Positions 39,732-52,000 of a DNA stretch of 64,000 nt are shown piece by piece. The translations under genes and the position numbers were made by a program. Each line of letters starts with the position of its first letter. Position 1 is the first letter of the stretch. The notes under the pieces are model-generated. The model had not been told where the DNA came from, searched no databases, and worked only from the letters and a program-made list of their open reading frames with translations. Source of the DNA: an uncultured Planctomycetota bacterium (GTDB lineage Bacteria; Planctomycetota; Planctomycetia; Gemmatales; Gemmataceae); assembly GCA_963849325.1 (NCBI GenBank), contig CAWKHF010000002.1, positions 480,001 to 544,000 on the forward strand. Reading direction: 5' to 3'.

Positions 39732-42700
39732 CTATTTCGCCGAAGCGTCCTCCTTGTCCTGCTCTTCCTCGTCGTCCTCGGCGACGAAGGGATTGGACGC
39801 CCCGAAGTCGCCTTCGACGCGGAGTGACTGTTTATATTCGCTGCCGTCCACCGACAGCACGACGAGGTAGGTGCCGGCCGCGACGGGACGGCCCGGTTGC
39901 TGCGACGGCCGATTGCGGCCGGGACGTGAAGGCCCTCCCGGCCGGCGCTCCGGTGCGTGGGTCAGGTTCCAGATGACCTTGTGCAACCCCGGTTGCGCCT
40001 CGGCCTTCAATTCGCGCACCAGCTTGCCGTCCACGTCCTGCACTTTCAGGCTCACCTTCGACGTTTTTTTATTCAGTGAGTAATAGAGCGGAGCACCGGC
40101 GGGCGGGTTTTCGCCGACGAAACGGCGATTGGTGCGGCCGCGGTTAGGTTGCAGCGGCCAGCGGAAGGCCGTCGTCGGCTTGTACAACCGCGCGTCCGCC
40201 CGCAAGGCCGCCGGCGTCAACTGACGCAGGGCCGTCACATCGAGAATCCACAGACTGCGGCCGTGCGTGGCGGCGACGACCTCGGCGGCCGTCGGATGTA
40301 CGGCGAATTCGTGGACGGCGACCGTTGGCAGGTTGGTGTTCAGCCGCTCCCAGGTGGCTCCGCGATCGAGCGAGCACCAGGCGCCGAACTCCGTGCCGAG
40401 GTAGAGAAGGTTCGGGTTTTCGACATCCTCGCGCAGCACGCGCGTCGATCCCCACGACGGGAGGTTGCCGCGCAGCGATTTCCACGTCTTGCCGAAGTCT
40501 TCCGTCACGAACACATACGGACTGTCGTCGTCAGAGCGGTGGCCGTCGAAGACGACGTAGGCCCGGCTCTCGACGAAGCGCGATGCCTCGATGGAGGCGA
40601 CCCAGCGCAGTCCCGGCAGGCCGACGTTCTTGGTGACGTTGGTCCACTCCCGTCCGCCGTCGCGCGTCAGCCACAGGAAACCGTCGTCGGTGCCGGCGTA
40701 GAGCACGTCGGGGTTGCGCGGCGACTCGGCCAGCGCCGTGGCCGTGCCACGCTCCGTCGCCGCGATCTCCGGCGAAATGACGCGCAGGTCATTGCCGCGA
40801 TCGAGCGAGCGGAAGACGACGTTACCGGCGCAGTAGTAGATGCGTGGATTGCGGTGCGACAGCAAAAAGGGCGTGTTCCAGTTGAAGCGATAACGCCGCC
40901 CCTCCGGCGGGCGAATGGGAGTCGATTCGCCGCTGCGCAGATGCAGGCGGCGCAGGGCGCCGTACTGGGCGGTCGAGTATACCAGGTCCGGGTCGGTCGG
41001 ATCGACGCGGCAGGTGAAGCCGTCGCCGCCGCCGACGCGGAGCCAGTCCTCGTTGACCGGGCCGGTCAGGCTGTGCGTCCGGCTCGGCCCGCCCCAGCTG
41101 CCGTTGTCCTGCAAGCCGCCGTACACCCGGTAATCGCGGCGGTGGTCCACGGCAACGTGATAGAACTGGCCGACGGCCGCGTGGTTGAGCTGGTCCCAAG
41201 CGGCCAGGCGGTCGTAGCTGACGTAAGGACCGCCGTCGGTGCCGACCAGGACGTGTCGCCCGTCGCGCCGGTCGATCCAGAGGGCGTGCTGGTCACCGTG
41301 GATGCCGCGGCCGCCGTCGGGAGAGAACGTCTTGCCGCCGTCGCGCGAGCGGTGCAGGGCGATGCCCAGGACGTAGACGTAACGATCGTCGCTGGGATCG
41401 ACGCGGACCTGGCTGAAGTACATCGGCCGCGGGTTGACACTGTTGACGCGCGTCCACGATTCGCCGCCGTCCGTGGACTTGTACAACCCGCCGTACTGGA
41501 AGCCGTCGGGACCCTGGCGGTCCTGGACGTTCGCCGCCTGGCCGCCGAGACGATCGAGGAATGGCGGGCCGCTTCCGCCGCCTGGGCCACCGCCGCGCGT
41601 GCCGAACGTCAGTTCCAGTTCCTTGACCTCCCGGCCGCGGCGCAGACGCACCTTGACCTTATCTCCGCCCTTGTGGCGACGGATTTCTTCGAGCAAAGCG
41701 GCATACGACGCGATCGACTTGTCGCCGACGGCGATAATCACGTCATCGACGCGCAGGCCGGCGCGGTCGGCGGGGCCGTTCCGGTTGACCTGCGTGATAC
41801 GGGCGCCCTTCTCGCCGTCTTCGCCCTGGATGCCCAGGAAAGCGAGTCCGACGACCTGCCGCGGGCCGCTGCCGATCTTTTCCGACTCGACGAGGGCATA
41901 AACCGTTTGCGGATCCTTGCGATACCAGTCTAGTCCGATGCGGCCGAGCTTGCAGGCCGGCAAGCCCTTGCTGATCTTTTGGAACGTCTTACCGCCGTCG
42001 CGCGTTCGATATAGACCGCTGCCGGCGCCGAACTTCTTGGCCGGATCGTTGTAGTCGTAGCCATCGCGCTGGCGCTCGTAGGTGGCGACCAGCAACGTCT
42101 CCGGGTCGGCAGGGTGCATGCGCATGTCGATGACGCCGGTTTTGTCATCGACGTACAGCACCCTGTTCCAGGTCTTGCCGCCGTCGCTCGTCTTGAACAG
42201 GCCGCGCTCCTCGTTGGGTCCATACAGTCGGCCCAACGCTCCGACGTAAACGACATCGGGGTTTTTCGGATGTACGAGGATGCGGCCGATCTGGAAGGAC
42301 TTTTTCAGTCCCCTGTTCTTCCAGGTCTTGCCGCCATCGGTCGATTGGTAAACACCATCGCCATAGGAGACGGAGTTGCGCGGGTTGTTCTCGCCGGTGC
42401 CGACCCAAACGATGTCTTTATTCGAGGGAGCCACGCAGAACGTCGCCAATGGAGACCGTCGCCTCGCGGTCGAACTGATGCTCGAAGGTGACGCCGTTGT
42501 TCGTGGTTTTGAGCAAGCCACCCGAGGCCGTGGCCAGCCAGTACGTCGTCGGGTCCGCCTCGTAGACCGACAGCGCCACGATACGGCCGCCCATGTTCGC
42601 CGGCCCAATGCAGCGCCACGTCAGTGGTTTGAGCCATTCCGCCGACAGCGTTCCGTCCCTGGGTTTGGACTCGTCGGCGCGGGAGGACAGCAGCGAGATA

Positions 42701-42759
42701 CCGCCCCCAAGAACGGCTAGAAAGAACCAGAACGGTGTTCGGCAGCGTGGAGGATTCAT
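39732..42759 (-). CDS. Exported VPS10/BNR-repeat glycosyl-hydrolase-like protein with inserted PDZ domain (frameshift near 42440)
   Basis: WRCIGPANMGGRI, STDGGKTW repeats, GGLQDNGSW, GGGDGF, ATHGRS; PDZ FLGI...GPADRAGLRVDDVI. Confidence 0.9.
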
Positions 42760-42788
42760 CGTTCGACTCGTGCGGAGGAAGTAGCATT

Positions 42789-42839
42789 TGCCGCTTGCGG
42801 CTTAGCGAGACAGCGGCGAACGCGAAGCCGCAAGCGGCT
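42789..42839. repeat. Palindrome family E (GCCGCAAGCGGC units)
   Basis: GCCGCTTGCGGCTTAGCG...CGCGAAGCCGCAAGCGGC; half copies near 35551, 44138 and 54190. Confidence 0.75.
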
Positions 42840-42854
42840 TGGAAACAGGTTCTC

Positions 42855-43355
42855 TCAGTCATCGAAGGCGGGTTCAAACCTCTCGACCAACTCCGGCTCC
42901 AGGTGGTAGCGGTGGGCCAAACGTGCGCAGGTGTTCCAGCGCAGCAGGGCGTCGTCGTTGCCGTGCGGCCGCATGGCCTCGGCCTTTTCGTAAAACTCCA
43001 TGGCCCGGCACAGCCATGGGTAGGCGACGCGGCCGCTGCCCGGCCCGCCCTGGCTGAGCCGAGCACTGGCGCGGCGCTCCCAGATCAACCCCGTGTAGTA
43101 GAGTCGATCGTACTCGGACTCGAGGCGCGGCAACATCTCGATCGCGTGCTGAAAACCTTCGCTGTCGCCGTGGCGGAACTGGTCCGTCAGGGCCAACAGC
43201 AGCGAAATCAGGGCTGGCTGGTTGTCCGGGTCGATGGCCAGCACGTCCTCGCAGATGCTCTCCGCCGCGTCCGGCTGATTGAGCAGCCGATAACGCTCCG
43301 CTTTGTCCAGGGCCGCCGGGACCGCCTCCGGGGCGATGTGTTTCAGCTCGAACAT
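42855..43355 (-). CDS. Helical (TPR-like) hypothetical protein, last gene of the sdh operon
   Basis: KAERYRLLNQP..AESIC.DVL, YYTGLIWERR, DALLRWNTCAR; 11 bp from sdhB. Confidence 0.85.
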   Translation of the reverse strand: MFELKHIAPEAVPAALDKAERYRLLNQPDAAESICEDVLAIDPDNQPALISLLLALTDQFRHGDSEGFQHAIEMLPRLESEYDRLYYTGLIWERRASARLSQGGPGSGRVAYPWLCRAMEFYEKAEAMRPHGNDDALLRWNTCARLAHRYHLEPELVERFEPAFDD

Positions 43356-43366
43356 GGTGTCGTCCC

Positions 43367-44119
43367 CTACTTGCCGGGTCGGAAGATGCGGAACAGTTTC
43401 GTCAACGGGTCGTAGTATTCATCGACCACGCGCTCCTTGAGCGGAATGATGGCGTTGTCGGTGATGTGGATGTGTTCGGGGCAGACCTCGGTGCAGCATT
43501 TGGTGATGTTGCAGAAGCCGATGCCTTCAGCGTGTCCTTCAGCATCGGCGAGCGCGGTCCTCGGTGTCCAGCGGGTGCATCTCCAGGGCGGCGGCGTACA
43601 CGAGGAAGCGCGGGCCGATGAACTCGCTCGTGCAGGTGATGGTCGCGCAGGACGTGGCAAACGTCCTGGCACAGGAAGCACTCGATGCACTTGCGGAACT
43701 CCTGGACGCGGTCGACATCTTCCTGGCTCATGCGCCAGGTGCCGTCCGCGGCGTCGGGCTTGCGCGGCTTGAACGGCTTGATCAGCTTCTTGACGCGGAA
43801 GTTCCAGGACACGTCTGTCACCAGGTCCTTGATGAGCGGGAACGCCTGCATCGGCTCGACGATGACGGGCTGCTCCAGCGGCAACGTCGTCGAGGCGCGT
43901 CATGCACATGAGGCGCGGCTTGCCGTTGATCTCGGCCGAGCACGAGCCGCACTTGCCGGCCTTGCAGTTCCAGCGGCAGGCCAGGTCGTTGGCCTGCGTC
44001 GCCTGGATCTGGTGGACGGCGTCGAGCACGACCATGCCCTCGCCGACCTCGGCCTTGTAATCGTGGAACTGACCGCCCTTGGGGTCGCCGCGCCAGATAC
44101 GGAAGGTCGCTTCAGCCAT
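43367..44119 (-). CDS. sdhB: Succinate dehydrogenase/fumarate reductase Fe-S subunit (frameshifted)
   Basis: CKAGKCGSC...LMC, CIECFLCQDVC, CNITKCCTEVCP. Confidence 0.93.
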   Translation of the reverse strand: MAEATFRIWRGDPKGGQFHDYKAEVGEGMVVLDAVHQIQATQANDLACRWNCKAGKCGSCSAEINGKPRLMCMTRLDDVAAGAARHRRADAGVPAHQGPGDRRVLELPRQEADQAVQAAQARRRGRHLAHEPGRCRPRPGVPQVHRVLPVPGRLPRPARPSPARASSSARASSCTPPPWRCTRWTPRTALADAEGHAEGIGFCNITKCCTEVCPEHIHITDNAIIPLKERVVDEYYDPLTKLFRIFRPGK

Positions 44120-44147
44120 GATGTCTCCCTGCCGTCGCCGCTTGCGG

Positions 44148-45974
44148 CTACTTGTTCTCCTCGATGATCTGTTTCAACTCCGCCGGCATCTCGGGGATGA
44201 GCGTCTCTTCGACCTGCATTCGGCCATCCGTCCCCTTGCGGACGACGACGTTGACCTTGCCGAAATGGCCGTCCTTGTTGGGGTAGTCGTCGCGGAACTG
44301 GCCGCCGCGGCTCTCCTTGCGCTCGCAGGGCGGCGCGGGTGATCGCCTCGGACACGGTCAGCAGGTTGTGCAGGTCCAGGGCGGTGTGCCAGCCGGGGTT
44401 GTACTCGCGGTTGCCGACGACACGCACGCGGCGGGCCCGGTCGCCGCAGCTTTTGCAGCCTTCCAGGGCCCGCAGCATCTCGTCCTCCGTGCGGACGATG
44501 CCGACCAGGTCCTGCATCATCTCCTGCAGATCGTGCTGAATCTGAAACGGGCCCGTCATCGCCGCCCGGCCGGTCGAACGGCTCCAGCGCCCGCCGCGCG
44601 GCGTCCTCGACCTGGTCGGCGTCCGGCACCGCGCCGGCGGCGTGCTCCCTGGCGTAGAGGGCCGCGTATTCGCCGGCGCGCTTGCCGAAAACGAGCAGGT
44701 CGGACAGCGAGTTGCCGCCGAGGCGGTTGGCGCCGTTGATGCCGGCGGCGCACTCGCCGCAGGCGAACAGGCCGGGCACGCGCGACATCTGCGTGTCGCC
44801 GTCCACGCGCACGCCGCCCATGACGTAGTGCGTCGTCGGGCCGACTTCCATCGGCTCGCTGCGTGATGTCGAGGTTGCGCCAGTTCCTTGAACTGGTGGT
44901 ACATGCTCGGCAGCTTCTGCTGGATGTGCTCGGCGGCGTTGGGCATGCTTCTCCTTGATCCAGGAAATATCGAGGAAGACGCCGCCGTGCGGGCTGCCGC
45001 GGCCCTCCTTGACCTCGCGGACGATGCAGCGGGCGACGTGATCGCGCGTCAGCAGCTCGGGCGGCCGCTGGGCGTTCTTGTCGCCCTGGCAGTAGCGCCA
45101 GCCCTCTTCCTCGTCTGTCGGCGGTCTGCTGCTTGTAGTTGTCGGGGATGTCGCTCGAACATGAAGCGCTCGCCGCTGATTGTTCGCAGGACGCCGCCCT
45201 CGCCGCGGACGCCCTCGGTGACGAGGATGCCGCGCACGCTCGGCGGCCAGACCATGCCGGTCGGATGGAACTGGATGAACTCCATGTCGATCAGCTCGGC
45301 CCCGGCGTGGTAGGCGAGAGCATGGCCGTCGCCGGTGTACTCCCAGCTGTTGCTGGTGATCTTGTACGCCTTGCCGATGCCGCCGGTCGCCAGCACGACC
45401 GCCTTGCGCCTTGAAGAGGACGAATCGGCCATGCTCGCGGTAATAGCCGAAGGCGCCGGCGATGCGGTCGCCGTCCTTGAGCAGGCGGACGATCGTACAC
45501 TCCATGTAGACGTCGATGCCGCTGATGGATGCCGTGGTCCTGCAGGGTGCGGATCATCTCCAGGCCGGTGCGGTCGCCGACGTGGGCCAGGCGCGGATAC
45601 TTGTGGCCGCCGAAGTTGCGCTGCAGGATGCGGCCGTCCTTGGTGCGGTCGAAGACGGCGCCCCACGCTTCCAGCTCGCGGACGCGGCCGGGAGCTTCCT
45701 GGGCGTGCAGCTGGGCCATGCGCCAGTTGTTGACGTACTGTCCGCCGCGCATGGTGTCGGCGAAGTGGACCTTCCAGTTGTCGCGCTCATCGACGTTGGC
45801 CAGCGCCGCCGCGATGCCGCCCTCGGCCATGACCGTGTGGGCCTTGCCCAGAAGCGACTTGCACACCAGGCCGACCGAGACGCCGCCGGCCGACGCCTCG
45901 ATGGCGGCCCGCAGCCCGGCGCCGCCGGCGCCGATGACCAGCACGTCGTGTTCGTGAGTCGGATACTCGTTCAT
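44148..45974 (-). CDS. sdhA: Succinate dehydrogenase/fumarate reductase flavoprotein (frameshifted)
   Basis: GAGGAG, AHTVMAEGG, QFHPTG, TEGVRGEGG, HYVMGG, GANRLGGNSL. Confidence 0.95.
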
Positions 45975-46775
45975 CCGATGAGCCTCCAGTCCGTCCATAC
46001 GCCCATGGCGCACAACCGGACGTACAGGTCGGAGAAGGCCACCCAGAACAGGCTGCACCAGGCCCAGAGCATGTGGCGGCTATTGAAACAGCCGACGCAG
46101 TTATACGCCTTGTGCTGCAGCGGATGGCGCGATAGTTGTCGCAGTCTTCCGCCGACGAGGTGGCGCAGCGAATGACAGCCGAGCGTGTATCCGCCCAGCA
46201 GGACGACGTTGACGGCCAATACCAGCGTGCCGACGCCGACGCCGAAGGAGACCTGCGCCGGAAGCATCGGTGAACCAGAGGGCGTGCCAGACATCGAGGG
46301 CGAGGAAGACGAGGAACAGCAGGGCGAGGTAGAGGAAATAGCGGTGGACGTTCTGGATGAGCAGCGGTCCGAAGCGTTCGCCCCAGTAGGAATGGCGCGG
46401 CTCGCCGACGGTGCAGGAAGGCGGATCGGCCCAAAACGCCTTGTAGTAGGCGCCTCGGTAGTAATAACAGGTGACGCGGAAACCGCCCGGTGCCCACAGG
46501 ATGAGCAAGGCCGGCGAGAAAAGCAGCCAGGCCGGCCACCAGGCCGGACGAGGACCGAACCAGCTGTGCGGTGAATCGCCGAACAGCTCCGGCGAGTAGA
46601 AAGGCGATAAATAAGGTCCGTAATAGTAATTCGCGCCCTGGAAGGCCGCCCACGTCGCATAGACGATGAACGCCGACAATCCCAGGAACACCAGCAGCGG
46701 GGTTGTCCACCAGGCGTCTCGGCGGGAAGTCTGGCCGAAGGAACGCAGCGGCAGGCTCAATGGCCCGTGGGACAT
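45971..46775 (-). CDS. Membrane anchor of an Sdh1-type complex (mycobacterial Rv0249c-like; frameshift near 46255)
   Basis: YLSPFYSP, FRVTCYYYRGAYYKAFWADPPSC, QNVHRYF, YTLGCHSLRH, HMLWAW; ATGA overlap with sdhA. Confidence 0.85.
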
Positions 46776-46955
46776 GATGGCCCTCCGAAAAGGGGGGAGC
46801 GATGCGCTCGAACATACTCCCGCGCGCGAGGGTTTGCAAGGGGCTAGGCGGCGAAATCACGATGTCGAATCCTGGTCGCATCGGAACCAGGGTGGTCCCG
46901 GGGCGATCAGAAGACGCCCGGCTCGCGTGGCCGAGCGTGTGAGAACATCCTGTCT

Positions 46956-46968
46956 TAACTGCTTGATT
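46956..46968 (-). promoter_or_regulatory. IHF consensus site
   Basis: Minus strand AATCAAGCAGTTA matches WATCAANNNNTTR. Confidence 0.6.
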
Positions 46969-47007
46969 CCTTATTAGTTGCGCAACGCCACCATCTTCGG
47001 AGCAGGG

Positions 47008-47023
47008 CGGCATTCCATTTGCG
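47008..47023 (+). promoter_or_regulatory. Sigma54 (-24/-12) promoter
   Basis: CGGCATTCCATTTGCG (GG-N10-GC), 64 bp upstream of ATG 47088. Confidence 0.65.
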
Positions 47024-47087
47024 TTACCACTCGCAGACGAGAGTCCCGTCACGGAACACCAACCCCCACAGTGCAGGAGATCGATTC

Positions 47088-48981
47088 ATGACCGCCCCGA
47101 CCATCCTGCTGGTCGATGACGACGAAGTGCTCAGCCAGGTGCTTCGTCGGGTGCTGACGCGCGACGGCTACACTGTGGTGGAAGCCGGCAGTGTCGCTCA
47201 GGCGCTGGAGCGCGCCCGCGAGCAGCGGCCGACTCTCGGCCTGGTCGATCTGCGCCTGCCCGACGGCGACGGCGTGGAGTTGGCCCAGCAGCTTCAGCAG
47301 CAAGTGGGCCGTTTTCCGCTCATCCTCATGACGGCCTATCCGCTGCGTCTGCGCGATCAGCCCGAACTGGCTCGGGGGTTCGCCCACGTCTTGACCAAGC
47401 CGCTCAACCTCGACGAGCTTCGTCAGGCCATCGAGACTAGCCTGGGCGCGACGGCGCCGGCCCGGCCGGGGAGTGCGGAGAAGCCAGCGCTGCCATCCAT
47501 CACCGAGACAGAAGTGGTTCGGCAGCCGCAACCGGAGCCGAGTCCGGTGAGGACAAGGGAACGGCCGCAGGCAAAGCCGAAGCGGCGCCGCCTGCGCTGG
47601 GCCATCGCCGCGAGTGGGATTGTGGCCCTGGTTGGTTTGGCCGTGGCCGTACCCGCTCTCGGCATGCCCAGCCTGCGGCGCTTCCTCAAGCCGCCGGAAG
47701 CGCGGCCCGTGGTCCCCGGCGGCGACTACCGGGCGCAGCTCGTCTCCGAAACCGAGGACGAGATCGAGTTGCCGCGCGACGTGGTCGAGCGGCTAGGCGT
47801 GACGAGTGAGCCGGTCCTGGAGACGGTGGCGCCGCGGACGCTGGAATTGGCCGGCTCGCTGGCCTTCGACCCCAATCGCCTCGGTCGCGTCCAGGCCCGC
47901 TTCGGCGGCGAGGTCGTCGCCATCGGCACGATGGCCGAACGCCGCGCCGACAACGGCACGACACACGAACGGACCCTGCGCTATGGCGACCCCGTCACCA
48001 AGGGACAGATCATGGCCGTGGTCCTGAGCAAAGATCTCGGTGAGAAGAAGAGCGAGTTGGTCGATTCGCTGGTGCGGCTGTGGTACGACGAAGCGCTGTT
48101 GTCGAGCCTGGACGAGTTGATTCGAGAGGGCCGCACGCCTCCGGCGACCGTCCGCACTCAGCGGACCGTGGTCGGCCGCCGACCGGAACGCGGTCGGACG
48201 GGTCGAACTAACTCTGCGGACCTGGCGCGTGGCCGAGGACGAGATCAACGCCGTCAAGGAAGAGGCCAAGCGGGTCTTCGAGCGCAAGGGGCAGCGCGAT
48301 CTGAAAAAGGAAACCGAGTGGGCCAAGGTCGAGGTGCGGGCGCCGTTCGACGGCACCATCGTCGAGAAGAGCGTGAACCTGGGCAACATCGTCGATACCA
48401 CTTTCGATCTCTTCAAGGTCGCCGACCTGCGCAAGCTCGGCGTACTGGTTCATGCTTACGAGGAAGACCTGCGCGAGTTGCAGACGATGTTGCACGAGCA
48501 GCCCCGAGGCTACCCCTGGCAAGTCCGCACCGGCGCCGACCTCACCCGCCAAGTGCTCCAAAGCGAGGGCATGCAGCAGATCGGACTGGTGGTCGATCCC
48601 ACGCAGCACACCGACCCGATCATGGGGTTGGTGGACAATCGGGACGGCAGGCTGCGCGTCGGCCAGTTCGTGACGGCGACAGTCGATTTGCCGTCGCCGC
48701 CCAACGTCGTCTCCCTGCCGGCGTCGGCCCTGGAGGAGGATGGCGCGGAGAGCATCGTTTTCGTCCAGCCCGATCCGACCAAGCCGCGCTACGTCCTGCG
48801 CCGCGTCCTGGTCGCCATGCGGCTGCGCGACATCGTCTACGTCCGCAGCGAGTTGACCGAGCAGGACCGCAAGAAGGGTCTGCAAGAAGTACGACCCGGC
48901 GAATACGTCGTCACCGAGGGCGTCCTGGAACTCAAGGCGGCGCTCGAGGAGTTGCAAGCAAAAGCAAAAGCCAAAAAATAA
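47088..48981 (+). CDS. Receiver domain fused to an RND periplasmic adaptor (CzcB/CusB-like; frameshift near 48175)
   Basis: LLVDDD, VDLRLPDGDG, MTAY, TKP; Pro-rich linker; TM; LAGSLAFDP, GDPVTKGQ, VRAPFDGTIVEK, LRVGQFV, GEYVVTEG. Confidence 0.9.
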
Positions 48982-49074
48982 GTTCTGAGTTCTGAGTGAA
49001 AGAGACTCAAGCTCTCATTGGCTCATGCGGCAGAACTCACTGAACTCAGAACTCAGAACTCAGAACTCAGAACT
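48981..49074. repeat. Heptamer tandem hairpin (TTCTGAG)n...(CTCAGAA)n
   Basis: AGTTCTGAGTTCTGAGTG...GAACTCAGAACTCAGAACTCAGAACTCAGAACT. Confidence 0.85.
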
Positions 49075-49079
49075 GAAGT

Positions 49080-52000
49080 ATGGTTCGCAAACTCATCGAG
49101 TGGGCCGTCAACAGCGCCCTGATCGTGCTCCTCCTGGCCGTCGGCCTGGCTGCGTTCGGCGTTTATGCCTTCAATCACGTCAACGTCGAAGCCTACCCCG
49201 ATCCGGCGCCGGCCATCATCGAAGTCATCGCCCAGTATCCCGGCTTCTCGGCCGAGGAGGTCGAGCGACGGGTGACGATCCCGCTGGAGGTCACCCTGGC
49301 CGGCATGCCGGGACTGACGTACACGCGCAGCAAATCGCTGGCCGGCCTGTGCTCACCTGCGCAACCAGTTCGATTACGGCATCGATTACTACGCCGCGCG
49401 CCAGGAAGTCATCAACCGCCTGCAATTCGTGCAGAACCTGCCCAACAGCGTCACCCCGCAACTGTCGCCGTTCACGCCGACCGGCGAGCTGATCCGCTAC
49501 ACCTTGGACAGGCCGAAAAACACGCGCGGCGAGGAAATTTACTCCCTGATCGATCTCAAATCGCTGCAGGACTGGACGCTGGAGCGCGAGTTTCGCCGTA
49601 TCCCGCGCATCGCCGACGTGTCCAGCTTCGGCGGCATGGTCAAGCGCTACGAGATCCAGCCGGACCCGGCTCGGCTCAAGCGCTACGGCATCACGCTTGC
49701 AGCAGTTCCAGACGGCCATCAGCAACAGCAACGCCAACATCGGGGCCGGCTATCTGCGGCAGGGACCGATCGCCATGAACGTGCGCGGCATCGGCCTGCT
49801 CGGCCGCGGCCAAGACCCGATGCAGCAGCGTGCTGGCCATGAAAAGCCCCTACCTGGCCGCTCGCCGCCTGCGCCAGCAGGAAGAAGCGCGCGTGCGCGA
49901 GATCCGCGACGTCGTCGTGGTGACGGTCAACAACGTGCCCATCCGCGTCGAGGACCTCGTCGCCGGCGGGCCGATCGATGAGCACGACGCAGATCGACGA
50001 AGCCGGCCGAGGCGCCGGACCCACTGGTTCGGCAGCGCCTCGGCGAAGGCGGCGCGAAGGCGGCGAACGCAACCGGCAACGAGGGCGTCGTGGTCGGCTA
50101 CCAGCCGCGCCTGGGCAAGGTCAGCGTGTGCCGGCCCAAGTACGACGACGACGGCAACGTGGTCCGCGATGAGCGAGGGCAACGTCGTCTGGGTGGACGA
50201 GGAAGACAAGGTACAGGGCATCGTCCTGATGCGCAAGAACGAGGCCACCCTGCTCGCCCTCAACAAGGTCAAGGAGAAGGTCGAGGAACTGAACGACACG
50301 CCGGGCCGTCTGCTGCCCGGCGTGCACGATCGAGCCGCACTTCGACCTGACCGGCCTCATCCACGTCACCACCGAGACCGTCCGCGAGAACCTGCTTCTG
50401 GGCATGATCCTGGTGACGGTCATCCTGTTCATGTTCCTCAGCAACGTCCGCAGCGCCCTCATCGTGGCCATCAACATCCCGCTGGCGCTGTTGTTCGCCT
50501 TCTCCGTGCTGTTCCTGCGCGGCAAGTCGGCCAACCTGCTGTCCATCGGGGCCGTCGATTTCGGCATCATCGTCGATTCGTCGGTCATCATGGTCGAGAA
50601 CATTTACCGCCATCTCAGCTCCGGCGAGTACGCGGAACTGCCGCTGAAGGAACGCATCATCCGCGCCTGCCACGAGGTCGAGCGGCCGCTGTTCTTCTCG
50701 ACGACGATCATGGTGTTCGCCTTCATCCCGCTGTTCACCATGCAGGGGCCGGAAGGACAAATCTTCGGGCCGATGGCCGACACCTATGCCTTCGCCCTGG
50801 CCGGCGGCCTGCTGCTGGCGCTGACCGTGGCGCCGGTGCTGTGCTTCCTGTTCTTCAAGAACCTCAAGCCGGCGCCGGACAACTGGCTGGTGCGCTGGCT
50901 GAAGCGCAGCTACCTGCACCAGCTGGAACGCTGTCTGAACCACCGCGTCGTGACGCTGACGCTGTTCGGCTCGCTCACGGCCGTCACCGTCGGCATCCTG
51001 CCCTTTCTGGGCCGCGAGTTCATGCCGGAGCTGGAGGAGGGCAACCTGTACATCCGCGGCACCTTCCCGGTCAACGCCTCGCTGGAGGAGGTGGCCGACA
51101 AGACGCGCCGGGCCCGGGCCATCCTCCGCGCGTACCCGGAGGTCGCCCTGGTCGCCTCGCAGGTCGGCCGGCCCGACGACGGCACCGACCCGACCGGCTT
51201 CTACAACGCCGAGTTCTCCATCCCGCTGCACCCCGACAAGCACTGGCCCGCCGTGGTGCCGCGCACGGGCTGGCTGAGCTGGCTCGGTCCCCGCGCCGCG
51301 CACCAAGCCGGAGCTGATCGACAGCCATGAACCAGCAGATGCACCGCGAGCTGATCGGCGTGGACTGGAACTTCTCGCAGTACATCCGCGACAACGTCAT
51401 GGAGTCGCTGTCCGGCGTCAAGGGCGACAACTCGGTCAAGATCATCGGCCCCGACCTCGACGAGCTGGAGAAACTGGCCGACGAGGTCAAGGCCGTGCTC
51501 GACACCGTGCCCGGCCTGGAGAACGTGGCCGTCTTCCGCATCAAGGGCCAGCCGAACCTGGAGTTCACCGTCGATCGGACCCGGTGCAAGTTCTGGAACG
51601 TCAGTGTGGCGGACGTGGAGAACGCCATCGCCATCGCCGTCGGCGGCCAGGCGTGTACGCAGATGGTCGAGGGCGAGAAGACCTTCGACATCACCCTGCG
51701 CTGGCCGGAGCGGCTGCGCGGCAACGAACAGGCCATCCTCGACATTCCCATCGAGGTGGCCAACAACACCGTCACGCCGGGCTATGTCCCCGGCACGCCA
51801 CAGACGCCGGTGACGGGAGCGAGCATCGGCGTCAATCCCATCGGCACCAACGTGCCCATGCCGTCGTTGTGGGGCAACATCTTCAACGCGGCGGTCAACA
51901 ACCTCAGCAGCGTGCCGCGCCTGCGCCTGGGGCAGCTGGTGACGCCGGTCAACGACGAGGGCCGGCCCGACCCGCACGGGCAAGTACCTGCGCTCCGGCG

